Positions 37,621-52,300 of a stretch of DNA of 64,000 bases are shown in pieces; within the stretch, counting starts at the first letter, position 1, and each line of letters begins with the position of its first letter. The notes below the pieces were generated by a model, which saw only the letters and a program-made list of their open reading frames with translations, searched no databases and was not told the origin of the DNA. Made by a program: the position numbers and the translations under genes. The stretch is from Octopus vulgaris (lineage: Eukaryota): NCBI GenBank assembly GCA_951406725.2, contig OX597814.1:217496001-217560000 (forward strand), in the 5' to 3' direction.

Positions 37621-39513
37621 CTGAAAGGATTTGTGACATATGTATGTATATGTATGTGTGTGTGTGTGTGTGTGCGTGTGTGTGTATATGCATGTGTGTG
37701 TGTGTATAAAATTTTAAAGTTTTCTGTAGCAGTTGGAGCTAGCACTGAAAGTTATGATGTTTTGTATATGAACATGTCAATGTAAACAGTGTGATTAAAA
37801 ATAGAAAGATAGGTAATATGTGTATATGCATATTTCAGTGTTAGCTTTAATTTCTGTAGAAAGTCTGTAGAGATTACTTTAAAAAGTGATTGAACTGCAC
37901 TGCTAACACAGGTAGGACACAGTAAAGACAAAAAAAAAACTAATGAAACCTCTTACTCACTTCATCTTTAATCACAGACTTGTTTTGACTTTTAGGAAAA
38001 TAAATTAACATTCTAAGATAATGTCATAAAATGATTAACTTGAAGAATTACTTGTCTCTTGTGTCTGTTATGGTTCCACTTCAAAGGCAATCAGTGGCAC
38101 ATGGTCACTTCCTTAGCATGGAAGGAGACCAAAACCTAAGGAAGTGACCATGTGCCAGTGAATTCCTTTGAAGTGGAACCATAACAGACACAAGAGACAA
38201 GTAATTCTTCAAGTTAATCATTTTATGACATTATCTTAGAATGTTAATTTATTTTCCTAAAAGTCAAAACAAGTCTGTGATTAAAGATGAAGTGAGTAAG
38301 AGGTTTTATTTTTTTTTTAAATTTCTATTTCCATTATTTTATTTTTAGTATTTTTGCCTCATTTATATCTCTTTCTATTTCTGTGTTGTTCCTTGTCAAC
38401 GGAATGCTAAAAATAACATAATGGTGTCGGTATAAAACAAAGAGAAACTAAAGATGATCTAGCAGCGCTTTGGACCCTCTTCACCTGAAGTACTGAAAGC
38501 CATTGCCAGCTGATAAGGATCCAATTGTAGTGATTTATAACAAAGCCTGTTCATCCTATCTTCTCATATTAAAATTCTTTTGTATATACTCTGTGGATTC
38601 CCTATGATTTCCACGTGTATATCCAATGAAAGGAAAAGTCCTGCTGTATGATAACATCTGGTAGTTGATACCCGAAAAAGAGCTTTGAAAAGCACACTAT
38701 ATGGTTATTACCCAGAAAATATTAAATTATACATACATACATCATCATCATCATTGTTTAACGTCCGTTCTCCATGCTAGCATGGGTTGGACGGTTCGAC
38801 CGGGGATGTGGGAAGCCAGGAGGCTGCACCAGGCTCCAGTCTTATCTGGCAATGTTTCTACAGCTGGATGCCCTTCCTAACGCCAAACAAAAAGAAGTAT
38901 TCCATCTGGGGAGAGATAAATATTATGTAATAAACACAATATATGTTTTTTGTGCTACTATTAATTCCATGTGTTGAGAACATGACAAGTTATAAAACAA
39001 TGTTTGACATGTTTTCAGCACATGGAATTAATAGTAACACATAAAAACCTATATTGTGTTTATTAAATAATATATATATATATACACATGCATATATATA
39101 TATATATGGCCGTGGCCGTGCCAGCCCCGCCTGGCCTCCGTGCCCTTCAAGTCTGGTTCGCCCCTTCACTCGGAGCCTTGTCAGGACACGTCTTAATTCA
39201 TCAACCGTCAAGAGCCAAGAGGCTTGGAACAGTGGGAAAGGCTAACTGCTCCTGATTACTGCACATATACATCAGGGGGACTTCTGACGGCCTGCCGGAA
39301 AACACCAAACATTGCACATGTGCAGATGAATATCTCAAAACGGTGTCTAAAACATGGCATCACTACAATATCATGTAAACATAAAACAAAATATCGTTTG
39401 TGGAATCTGAAAAAAAATATTCTGAAATGAAATAACACATTATAGAATAAAGAAGGAATGTACACAACTAAACAAAGCAACCAATGTTTAGAATGTTATA
39501 CATTATACCACCA

Positions 39514-39899
39514 TGGAAGCACTCCGTCGGTTACGACGACGAGGGTTCCGGTTGATCCGAATCAACGGAACAGCCTGCTCGTGAAATTAACGTGTAAGTG
39601 GCCGAGCACTCCACAGACACGTGCACCCTTAACGTAGTTCTCGGGGATATTCAGCGTGACACAGAGAGTGACAAGGCCGGCCCTTTGAAATACAGGTACA
39701 ACAGAAACAGGAAGTAAGAGTGAGAGAAAGTTGTGGTGAAAGAGTACAGCAGGGATCACCACCACCCCTTGCCGGAGCCTCGTGGAGCTTTTAGGTGTTT
39801 TCGCTCAATAAACACTCACAACACCCGGTCTGGGAATCGATACCACGATCCTATGACCGCGAGTCTGCTGCCCTAACCACTGGGCCATTGCGCCTCCAC
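39514..39899 (-). mobile_element. tRNA-derived SINE (near full length)
   Basis: Minus-strand head gtggaggcgcaatggcccagtggttagg and tail ...gtcgtaaccgacggagtgcttcc. Relatives at 48458-48745 (+) and 49380-49701 (-, TSD accagttatat). Confidence 0.85.
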
Positions 39900-40606
39900 A
39901 AAAACAGCAAAAAGGCTACCCTAAGAAAGTATCGTCAATTCAGTCAATAAACCCCACAACAGCTTATGGCTGTAGTGGCAGTACTGGATGACCAGTTGAC
40001 TTCTGAATTTATTGAAGATAGTCATGCCTTAAATGAGATCAAACAAAAGAATGTACGACCCATCCTTGACATCTACTGAATGAATAGTAAAATAAGTTCA
40101 AAACCACTACACAAACCTCCATTCCTATATAACTACCATTTCTTCCTCTCTTTCCACCACCTTCTCCTCCTTCCCAGCAAATACACATAGAAATATCCAT
40201 ATAACTCACTCAACCTTCATACTGGTCAAAAGGGATAAGCATCCCTCTGTTGCATATCCATTAATGTTATATCACCTGAAGAAATGAATCCATGAAGATG
40301 ATCAACCCAATGCCTACAGGTACTATAGAACTACACTGTAATCATTCCAGGAATATGGACTGTGATCTTAAGAGACCTGTGATTTATGGAAACAGGCATA
40401 GCTATGAAATAAATGTTTATAAATTTCATCTAAAGATTATTGTTATTATTACTGTATTTATCTTACATTATATCCATACAGCTCGATACAACCCCCAAAA
40501 CTGATTCACCAGTCAGCCTCATTAGACTGCGGCCAGTATAATGGAATAGGAGCTTTATTTGCATATTCAAAACGTTTCCCATAAATAAATTTAAAAGATA
40601 TATATA

Positions 40607-41030
40607 TCATCATCATCATCATTATCGTTTAGCATCCGCTTTCCATGCTAGCATGGGTTGGACGGTTCAACTGGGGTCTGGGAAGCCAGAAGGCTGCACC
40701 AGGCCCAGTTTGATCTGGCAATGTTTCTACGGCTGGATGCCCTTCCTAACGCCAACCACTCCATGAGTGTAGTGGGTACTTTTTACGTGCCACCGGCACA
40801 GGTGCCAGACGAGTCTAGCAAACGGCCACGATCGGATGGTGCTTTTTATGTGCCACCGGCACGGAGGCCAGGCGAGGCTGGCAATGGCCACGAATGGATG
40901 GTGCTTTTTACGTGCCACCGGCACGAGGCCAGTCGGGGCGGCGCTGGCAACGGCCACGTTCGGATGGTTCTCTTACGTGCCACCGGCACTGGTAACTCAG
41001 CTGCAATTTCCATTGATCAATTTCGATTCT
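40607..41030 (-). mobile_element. RTE 3'-tail element with internal ~60-bp tandem units
   Basis: (CAT)n-cgtttagcatccgctttccatgctagcatggg... plus repeated cttttacgtgccaccggcac. Other copies at ~35650-35937 (+), 38740-38885, 43037-43280, 47500-48027 (+), 51090-51390 and 54665-54990. Confidence 0.85.
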
Positions 41031-41164
41031 GAGAGACAGAGACAGACAGACAGACAGATATTACACATTTGTTTTGTTTGTTTTTCCATTTTTAAGTTGT
41101 GTTGCAAAAATGACATTTACGTATCTTTTTCTATATGTTCTCTCTCTCTTTTTTTTTTTTTCAG

Positions 41165-41227
41165 TATTCAATTGTAAGACCTAAAATTGGATCATGCCCA
41201 TCTTCAGTTGCTTCAAATGGTCACATG
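41165..41227 (+). CDS. Mucin exon: cytoplasmic tail 3 (YSIVRPKIGSCPSSVASNGHM)
   Basis: Strong polyT-CAG acceptor and ATG|gtaagg donor; 63 nt, phase 0/0. Completes the HID...I.RP.I motif. Confidence 0.78.
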
Positions 41228-42103
41228 GTAAGGTATTCCAATCAAAACTAATAGTCGTTTTTTATTTCAATAATATTGTTTCTGAAAGAGCAAGTTATGT
41301 ACCATCTCTACCAAAACACACTTAATGCATCTGAGCAACTTACCTCCTCCCCAGAAATGAAACTGTCTCCAGCACTTCTGCATCCATGTTTTCCTGTAGA
41401 CATCATCCTATAGAAATTCATGCTAAGTGTGGACCACATCAACATATTCTGTCTAGGATGAGCCAAAACGATTATAGCTAGGCTGTTTCTCATTTTCTTT
41501 AAACAACCATTTCACACCCAATAACACAATTGCTCAACAACTGAACAAGTCAGAAGAAACAATGTATTTTAGAGTTATCGTTGGCCTGCTCATGAAAATC
41601 CATAAATTTTTCAGAAAAATAACACCCTGTCCACCTAATCAACCCCACCTGCAAGTCTTTCAATATAGAAAGCTCTTATGTACTTCACTTATTTCCTGGG
41701 ATTCTATATACTTGTTTTACATGTGTCTTTGCACCTTCATTATAGTCTCAAAAACTGGCTGAATAAAACAGAGCCAAAGCAGCATCACAGCCATTTCGTA
41801 GTGAAAGCCATTTGTGCACAAAAGAGGAACTGAATTTAGATATGTAAACGATAAATGTCACCCCTTTCAAGCCTAGCCAGGCTCATGGGCCTGGTTTCCC
41901 GGTTTCTGTGGTGGGACACCAGTCCATCGCAGCGTTACTCAAGAAACAGGAAGAGAGAGTGAGAGAAAGTTGTGGCAAAAGAGTACAACAGGTTATTCAG
42001 AGTAGACCCGAAAACAAATGGTGTACAGATGAAGTGACAACATGAGAAAGCAAGTTAGGATCTGACAGAAGAGAAAAGTGGTACAGACTTAAATCCAGAG
42101 GCA

Positions 42104-42482
42104 TTATTACCTCCGCCAAGGAAGGAGGTTATGTTTTAATCAGCGTCGGTTTGTCAGTCTGTGTGCAAAATAACTCAAAAAGTTGTGAACGGTATTTGAT
42201 AAAACTTGCAGGAAAAGTTGGTAATGACACAAGGAACAGATGATGGAATTTTGGTAGTGATCCGGGAATTTTTATGGATTCTTGAAGGATTTTTCATTTG
42301 TTACATTTACTTTACATGAAGTATTACAATGTTATGTTCTTTGATTATCTCCCTTAAAAACACGTTCATCGCTTCCACATAACCTATGGTGGCGTTGATG
42401 TTTCCAAAGTTTATTTTCATTTCTCTATTAATAATTTTACTCGAATATCTATCTTAAAATGAGCTGCTTGGCGGAGGTCTGC
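42104..42482 (+). mobile_element. Helentron/HINE-like non-autonomous element inserted in a CR1-like remnant
   Basis: Subterminal inverted repeats acctccgccaag (42109) and cttggcggaggt (~42467), with a short gtctgt-like microsatellite near the 5' end. Confidence 0.65.
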
Positions 42483-42970
42483 AGAGGATGACATGACAAG
42501 CCTTGACTATTGGGATCGGCTCAAAAACCTCAGGCTTTGCTCCTTCCACTGCCGCTGTGAGCTCTATATCATCTGTATGATGTGGAAAATATTCCATCAA
42601 CATTGCCCATCTTAAAAATTCATCTGAGGCTTGGCCCCCGTGCCATCCGTCCACTACAGAAATGGTCGTGTCGTATCACAACACTATGACAGAACTATTT
42701 CACCTCAATTGGCCCTGCTCTCTGCAACATCGTGCAAGACAAACATAAGGGAGGAAAGTGACTTCATGGCATTCAAACGATCCCTAGATGATTACCCCCA
42801 ACAAATACCAGATAAAGCACCCACACCCAGATATGTCTCTGAACATTTATTGACCCCAAAAGGATGAAAAGCAAAGTTGACCTCTGTGGAATATGAACTC
42901 AGAACATAACCACAGGCAAAATACCACAAGGAATATCGTCCAGTATGCTGATGATTCTGCCAGCTCACTG

Positions 42971-43037
<67 letters not shown>

Positions 43038-43390
43038 CATCGTTTAGCGTCCGCTTTCCATGCTAGCATGGGTTGGACGGTTCAACTGGGGTCTGGGAAG
43101 CCAGAAGGCTGCACCAGGCCCAGTTTGATCTGGCAGTGTTTCTACAGCTGGATGCCCTTCCTAACGCCAACTACTCCATGAGTGTAGTGGGTGCTTTTTA
43201 CGTGCCACCTGCACAGGAGCGAGACAAGGCTGGCAAATGGCCACGATCGGATGGTGCTTTTTACGTGCCGCCGGCACAATAATAATGATAATGATAATGA
43301 TGATGATGATAATAATAATAATAATAATAACAATGATAATATTTAAAGCAAGATATATTGATTGGACTTTTTTCGTTTTTAATTTTTCAG

Positions 43391-43426
43391 TATGATGTAA
43401 TGGACCCTAATAGAAGACCTTACTAA
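43391..43426 (+). CDS. Mucin terminal coding exon (YDVMDPNRRPY*)
   Basis: tttttcag acceptor, phase 0, TAA stop. Followed by unique UTR-like sequence. Confidence 0.7.
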   Translation, partial: YDVMDPNRRPY

Positions 43427-43717
43427 ATTTCTATTGAACAACACCAGCAACAGAATGAAGAAAAATGAATAGAAGTGACGATGCTGAGAAAGAAACTAGA
43501 AAAATTGGCGGAGATGAGGGTAAAGGAAACATAAAACACATTAAGAAGAAAAATCATGGCAGAAGAGAAACAGTAGAAGTGATGGATGTGTTATCTAATT
43601 AGAGACAGACCTTAAATAATTGGCTATTGGCAAAAACTATGTAGCTCAACACGGGATAAACAATATGATTAAATCGCTCTCCCACACTCTTTCCAACCTC
43701 TGTCTCTTTCCAAATAA

Positions 43718-43868
43718 ACATACATACATACGTACATACATACATACATACATACATACATACATACGTACATACATACATACATATATACATACATATA
43801 TACATACATACACACATGCATACATACATACATGCATACATACATACATACATACATACATACATACA

Positions 43869-43902
<34 letters not shown>

Positions 43903-44099
43903 CATACACACACGCATACATACATACATACATACATACACACATACATACATACATACATACATACATACATACATACATACATACATACATACATACA
44001 TACATACATACATACATACATACATACATACATACATACATACATACATACACACATACATACATACATACATACATACACACATACATACATACATAC
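43718..44099. repeat. (ACAT)n microsatellite, probably within the mucin 3' UTR
   Basis: Seen directly. Confidence 0.95.
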
Positions 44100-44732
44100 T
44101 AGTGAACAGATAAGTCATGTGTTCATATTTATGAAATTTCTCAGTTAAAATGTTGACTCGTTTAGATACAGTAATTATTGCTATTAATGCTTCAACTAAA
44201 AGAAACTCGAGTTACTTCAGCAATCGAGATGTCAGTACTTCGTAAGAATTACTAGTAAATATGTCGATGTATAGCGACATAAACTGAGTGAACAAACATA
44301 GAAAAGGCTGACTACTTTAGCTAAATACATAAACGTTGCTGTGTGGGAAAATGTTTGCTTCCGAAGCACATGGTTCCAGGTTCAATCCCACTGTGTGGCA
44401 CTTTGGGCAAGTATCTTCTATGGTGTACTCAGACTGATCAAACTCTTGTGAGTGGATTTGGTATACGTTAACTGGAAGAAGCTCAGAAAATCAGACGTAA
44501 AATAACTGAAAGCAGGAATTAACTCCCCTAGATTTTCAACAAAATTGTTACATGACATTATAAGCAACAATTTGAGGGAGAGAAGATTTATAGATAAGCC
44601 TACTACTTATTCTACCGGTCTTTTTTGCCGAAACGCTAAGTTACGGGGACGTAAACACACCACCATCGGTTGTCAAGCAATGTTGGGGGGACAAACACAA
44701 ACACACACATACATACATACATATATATATAC

Positions 44733-44777
<45 letters not shown>

Positions 44778-46951
44778 CATATATACGATGGGCTTCTTTC
44801 AGTTTCTCTCTACGAAATCCACTCACAAGACTTTGGTTGGCCCGAAGCTATGGTTGAAGATACTTGCCCAAGGTGCCATGCAATGGGAATGAATCCGGAA
44901 CCATGTGGTTGGTAAGCAAGCTACTTACCACACAGCCACTCCTGTGCCTTTGAGAACAATTACTAAAGATGCTATACAGATGGATCAAACCCAGGAACTT
45001 GAGATTGCAAAGTGAATGTCTTAACTTAGTTGTAGTTTACATGTTAATATTATATGCCAATAAAATAGATATCAGTGATATTCAGTTCAGCTGACTGCAT
45101 TTCTCTACAGCAAAAATTTACCTGGTACTTAATTAAAAGAAATCAACATCATTTAATTAACTAGTATAATGCAGCAGAGGCAAATCAGCCTTAGATCCTT
45201 GAAATAATAGCAATTTCATCTTCCTACATCATCAACAGAATGTCCCTAACCCCTTTTCATCACTCTCCGAGATGGATCCTCAGTTTATTATGTTGGATGA
45301 AATAATAGCACGTGCACACACACACACACACACACACAAATTATATCGATTATATTGTAATTAAAGAGAAAATGTCTAATTTTGTCTAATTCAACTCTGC
45401 TTAAAGAACCAAGTCAGGGGAAAATGCTTGGCAACATTTTATGTGTCTTTACATTCTGAGTTCAATTTCCATTGCTTTTCATCCTTTCAGAGTCAATAAA
45501 ATATATACCAGCCAAGCACTAGAGCCAATGTAATTGACAAATCCCTCATCTCCCAAAGTTTAAGGCCTTGTGCTTATTGTAGAAAGGAATGTTATTACAT
45601 ATTGTTGCAGGTTTTAATTTGGAGTTGGTTGCTGACACAATACAAACGGAAGCAAAAATTTAGAATGTGCTTTGAGCGCCTGATTATAAATAAGATGAGA
45701 GATTGGAGGTCGTGTAAATGAAAATGAAGAGAGTAGATGATGAAAGTTTTGCAATGTAAAAAAGGATTTCAAATTTTGGCACAAGGCCAGCAATTTTGGG
45801 GAACAGGGAGAGTCAATTACATCGACTCTAGTGTTCAATTGGTTCTTATTTTATCAACTGCTGAAAGGATGAAAGGCAAAGTGGACCTCAGCAGAATTTG
45901 AACTCAGAATGTGAAGGCAGATGAAATGGCATTAAGTATTTTACCTGGTATGCTAATGATTCTACCATCTTGCTACCTTACTTTGCAATGAAAATATTAA
46001 AAGAGATGTAAGACTGTGGTGAATGTGAACATTTATAAAACATTCAATAACAACATCAACATGGCACCATAGAACAGGTGCTTGTTAACTAACGATAATT
46101 AACTATAAATCTCTAAGTAACAGTGCTTTTAAAAGTAAATGGAACTGAATATTCATCAGCTTCCAATATGCAAAATTAAAAGAACTATTCCCTTATAATA
46201 TTTACCTGATCATCTGTTTATCTGTGTGCATGTTCACACACCTGGAAACATGTTAGATGACCACAGCTAGCTTAGTAGCACAAGGTAGTTCATCCATCAT
46301 CATCACCACAACATCATCCTATATCATCATCATCGTCATCATCATCATCATTATCGTCATCAACAACAACATCATCAACTTTGAAATTTTAGGAACTCGA
46401 GAATTAAAACCGACTTAATGATATAATATAGTCTGAAATTTTCAATAGAAATCCACCCATAGGAACAAACATGTGAATGTATGTAAATGTTTGGTTCAAA
46501 ATGAATTTCTTTCAGTTAAACACTTTGCAGTACTGAGGAAATAATTGAATAACTCCATAAATAAACTTTTTATTATACACATTATCTGTGAGATATGAGT
46601 AATTTCTATCACAAACTTGCAGGATCATACCAGTAACTTTGGTGCTTACAGTTGACACAATCAAGTACAAATACAATTACAGAAACACAAACATATACCT
46701 CCTTGTCTATTCACATGTCATTATAAATGTATTATATTATTCTCTTATGAATGTAATAATAATAATAATAATAATAATAACAACAATAGTAATAATAATA
46801 ATCATTGAAAATATTTAGAATCAGAAACAAATATTATTATGATTGTTCATATTTTTCACAAGTTAAAGTATTTTAATTAATCCATGTATATAAAATGATT
46901 TTTCCCCTCAAAATATCTTCTTTGTATTAAGTACACATTTTAAAAAGTTTG

Positions 46952-46957
46952 AATAAA
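46952..46957 (+). promoter_or_regulatory. Candidate polyadenylation signal for the mucin gene
   Basis: AATAAA at the end of a TE-poor, AU-rich stretch, followed by T/GT-rich sequence. Other AATAAA hexamers exist, for example near 45059. Confidence 0.3.
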
Positions 46958-47432
46958 ATTTATATGATAACTTTTTTTCTATCGACGTGTTTTTATTGAT
47001 GCTTGTTGTAAGTGAAGCTGACCTCAGGGGGATTTTTTTTCATGTTCTGAGTTCAAATCCTCCCAAACTCAATTTTACTTTTCATCCTTTCCCGATTGAT
47101 AAAATTAAGCACCAGTCAAGAACTGGAATTGATGCCATCAGCTAATCTCCTGGCATCAAATTTGCCAACTTTGACCCTAAATCAAATACCCTTGTTTTTA
47201 ACTTTTTACTTGTTTTAGTCATTAGACTGCGGCCATGCTGGGGCACTGCTTTGAAGAATTTTTAGCTGAATGCATCAACCCCAGTACTTATTTCTTCTTA
47301 AGATCCTGATACATATTCAATCAGTCTCTTTTGCCAAACCACTAAGTTACAGGAACGTAGAGACACCAGCACTGGCTGTCAAGCAGTGGTGGGGAAACAA
47401 ATGCAGAGACAAACATACACACACTCACAGAT

Positions 47433-47496
<64 letters not shown>

Positions 47497-48024
47497 ATCA
47501 AAACAAATCAAAATAGATGAACATCAATGGAATTTGTATCTTTGTGGTACCAGTGCCGGTGGCACGTGGCACATAAGAAAACCATCCGAACGTGGCCATA
47601 GCCAGTACCGCATCGACTGGCCTCCGTGCTGTGGGCACGTAACAAGCACCATCCGATCGTGGCCGTTTGCCAGCCTCATCTGGCACCTGTGTCGGTGGCA
47701 CATAAAAACACCATCCGAGCGTGGCCGTCTGCCAGCCTCTCGCACCCGGTGGCACATAAAAACACCATCCGAGCGTGGCCGTGCCAGGTGGCACCTGTGT
47801 CGGTGGCACAAAAACACCATCCAGCGTGGCCGTCTGCCAGCCTCGTCTGGCACCTGTCGGTGGCACATAAAATCACCCACTACACTTCGGAGTGGTTGGC
47901 GTTAGGAAGGGCATCCAGCTGTAGAAACACTGCCAGATCTGACTGGACTGGTGCAGCTTTCTGGCTTCCCCAGACCCCGGTCGAACCGTCCAACCCATGC
48001 TAGCATGGAGAACGGACGTTGAAA

Positions 48025-48460
<436 letters not shown>

Positions 48461-48879
48461 GAGGCGCAATGGCCTAGTTGTTAGGGCAGCGGACTCGCGG
48501 TCGCAGGATCGCAGTTTCGATTCCCAGACCAGGCGTTGTGTGTGTTTATTGAGCGAAAACACCTAAAAGCTCCACGAAGCTCCGGCAGGGGGTGGTGATC
48601 CCTGCTGTACTCTTTCACCACTCTTTCTCCCACTTCTTTCTTCTGTTGGCCTGCTCGCTTAGCCAGCGGGGTGGCGTCATTCAAAGGCTAAAACAATGCG
48701 AACACATTGTGACCAGCGATGTGTAACATCTGATGGTCTGGTGATATATGTGTGTGTGTGTGTGTGTGTTGGGTTGTCAAGAAAGTTCTTGCAGGATCTA
48801 TTTTCAAATTAATTTCTGTTAAATTACTTTGACTTTATAAATAATTTTAAAGTCCGTTTTTTGCTCTATTTAATCGCGT

Positions 48880-49350
48880 TACTCTTTTTCTTTTTGAATA
48901 ATTAGGCCATTTTTTTCAGAATGTTGAATACAACATGGACAAAAAGCAAATTCGCACAATTTTGCTGCAACTCTTTTCATTCGCAATTCCTCACCCAAAA
49001 TCCATTGGCAAGACCTCCAGGACACACCAGTAATATCAATAAGTTCATCAATTGTTTGGCAACAGCCCTCCAAGATTAGTTCTTGAAATTTCATGATGTT
49101 TTCATTCATTCAGGGGGTCGACAGTCAGTCTTCAAGCAACAAGGAACCATTCCTAAAGCATGAAAACCACTCGTAAACTTGTGTTTTGCTTATGACAGCA
49201 TCCTTGTGAGCTGTTTGAAGCATGACAACTGTTTTGGTTGCTGTTTTCGCCAGCAGAAAAGAGAATTTCAAGGAAGCAGGCTGTTCCTTTATTTCAGCCA
49301 TCGCAAAAAGGGGAGGAACACTGGAAAACAAAGATGTACCACATGGCAAT
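48880..49350 (-). mobile_element. Mariner transposase N-terminal remnant
   Basis: EQPASLKFSFLLAKTATKT...KTQVYEWFSCFRNG, followed by an HTH remnant ...LGEELRMKRVAAK. Confidence 0.75.
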
Positions 49351-52300
49351 ATGCCATCACCTGATGATACCAGTTATATGGAAGCACTCCATCGGTTACG
49401 ATGACGAGGGTTCCGGTTGATCCGAATCAACGGAACAGCCTGCTCGTGAAATTAACGTGTAAGTGGCTGAGCACTCCACAGACACGTGTACCCTTAACGT
49501 AGTTCTCAGGGAGATTCAACGTGACACAGAGAGTGACAAGGCCGGCCCTTTGAAATACAGGTACAACAGAAACAGGAAGCCTCGTGGAGCTTTTAGGTGT
49601 TTTCACTCAATAAACACTCACAACGCCCGGTCTGGGAATCGAAACCGCGATCTTACGACTGCGAGTCCGCTGCCCTAACCACTGGGCCATTGCGCCTCCA
49701 CACCAGTTATATATAATACATATAACATGTTTTTCAGTTTCCATCTACCAAATATATTAATAAGGCTTTGGTTACCCCATGGCTATAGCAGAAGATATCT
49801 GTCCAAGGTGCTACACAGTTAGACTGAACCCAGAACTATGCAGTGAGGACTGGACAACACAGGAAGATCTCAAAACAAATGAAAAAACTTAAAAGCACAC
49901 AAAAAAAAATGACTTCATGAGTTGACCTTGAAATTGCAATTTAGTTCAAGGGGTAAAAAAGGAAGCTCAAAAGAAATATATCTTGTATTAGAAGAGGTCA
50001 CATAAAATAGGTTATCTAAAAGAAAAGGAAATAATGAAAAGGCTGTAGGTAGGCTTTGTTATTGTAAAGTAGTAATTAAGTTGAAATATTTATAGCCATT
50101 GTAACATACTAAATACTGCCATAAAATTCATCAAGGCTAGTTGACAGACACAAAGGTTACAAGGCAAGGAAGTAGTGGAAAATAACACAACAGATAAATG
50201 GCTATAACCTTTCCATCCGTCCATCCATACGTACGTACATACATACATGTCCTATACTATTAATAAACAGGTGTTTTGAATATAGCCTGAACAAATACCT
50301 GATGTTTGTACAATTTTCAAAATACTTATCTGAATTTCATTTTTGATACGTACAGTTTTCAATATCATTTTATCATCCATTATTATACACCTGAAAGACA
50401 TCAGAGAGAATTTGTTCATACAGATTTTTTACAGTATCTCCTTCCCAGCAAACCTCACCTGAAATATTTTCCCATGGTTGAATGTTTTCACAGAAGATTG
50501 AAAATAAAAGATACTGCTTATATGTTGGCAGTGCTCATTTGTAATTATCATGTGATGGAGCTGTTGCTGCAGCTAGGAACAGAGGTCTTTTCAACTTAGT
50601 GTCAAGGGTGGATTGGTTGATGCTTGTGTTGAAACTTTGATGTTGCATTGTAGCAAGGCATAGGCTTTCAATATAGAAGATTTGCAAAGACTTTGAAAGA
50701 AATTTAGCTAGCATGGCTCCAAACAGGTGTGTATTGTTAGTGTGCATGAACATCAGAGTAGAAATGAGCTCAGAGAAAAACTGGGTATAAGTGTAATTAG
50801 ATGCAGCAAGCAAGAGAGGAGGTTGAACTAGTACCTGGGCATCTGGTGCATATTGAGGATAACTTCTGTACACAAAAGTACCGAAAACCTAAAGTTCATG
50901 GAACCTGTTGAAGAGGGAAACCAAGGAAGGCTTGGGACAAAATGCTGAAGAATGACCTGATGAGGCCATATTTCACATGGAAGGTAACAAAGGACTGTAC
51001 TGACTGGTGATATGCAGTACTACAGAAAACCCATTCACCCATGGACAAGCACACCCTAACACAAGGATTGAGAAGCTACATGTTTTTTTTATCGTTTAAC
51101 GTCCGTTCTCCATGCTAGCATGGGTTGGACGGTTCAACTGGGGTCTGGGAAGCCAGAAGGCTGCACCAGGCTCCGGTCTTATCTGGCAATGTTTCTACAG
51201 CTGGATGCCCTTCCTAACGCCAACCACTCCGTGAGTGTAGTGGGTGCTTTTTACGTGCCACCTGCACAGGTGCCAGGCGAGGCTGGCAACAGCCACGGTC
51301 GGATTGGTGCATTTTACGTGCCACCGGCACAGAAGCCAGTCGAGGCGGCACTGGCTTCAGCTGGTGCTTTTTACGTGCCACCCGCACGGATGTATCTGTG
51401 CAAATGATATATGCATCTATGAACAGTTCCCAACCAGATGCACCTTCCACCCCACCCCACCCCACCCCCTCTAGATGTCCCATCTTTTCATTACAGTACA
51501 TTCTCTCCCTAGTTACCTCTATTGTCACCCAACGACATCCTCTTACTGTTACCCCATTACCTGTCCTTACCCCTCTAGGATACTCTCAAACCTTTCTTTC
51601 CTTTACTCCACCGAACTACCATGCCCCCTACCTCTCTGGCCTCCCCACTCCGGATGCTTTCTACAACATTCACTCTGCTCTTTCTACTTTTATGCTACCC
51701 ACCAGCATCTACTTCTTGCCCCTCTCCCTCCTTTCTTACACTACCCTCTTCCCAATAGTTTCCCTACTGATCTACCTGCATGACCCCCTCTACAGCCCTT
51801 ATTCCTTCCATGACTCATCTCCACCCATTTTTATTCCTTTCCCTCATAGCATCTCTCTATTACTTGCTTCTTGTGTTGGGTAGCTCTAGACTCTCCCCTA
51901 TCACCTTTTCAAGTCTATCCCTCCCTTTTTCACAGCTGTCACAAATTCCTTCCCTGCCATACTCTCATCTTTCCATCCCTCTGGCTAGAATCATCGACTT
52001 TCTCTTCTGTTCCCCCTCAATGATAGGGACTACTTTAGGGCCTTAGCCTAGTAAGTTACAAGACAATCATCACAAGTGCTGGTGCCGTGGGAAAAGCATC
52101 CCATTCATTCTGTAAAGTGGTTGACATTAGGAAGAGTATCCAATAGAAATCATATGAAAGTAAACACGAGGATATAATGCAGACCTACTGTTGGACTGTC
52201 AAGGAAGCCAGAGATTTTAAATGATGGTGATATATATACACACACACAGGCCTTCTTTCAGTTTCTGTCTACCAAATCCACTCACAAAGCTTTGGTTAAT

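Noticed and set aside
38500-38700. CTGATAA...CGAAA as a hammerhead next to the large palindrome
   Set aside because: The core is mutated and there is no convincing stem I or III.
47560-47880. Regularly spaced gtgccaccggcac repeats as a CRISPR array
   Set aside because: The context is eukaryotic, the 'spacers' resemble each other, and the repeats are part of an RTE 3' UTR.
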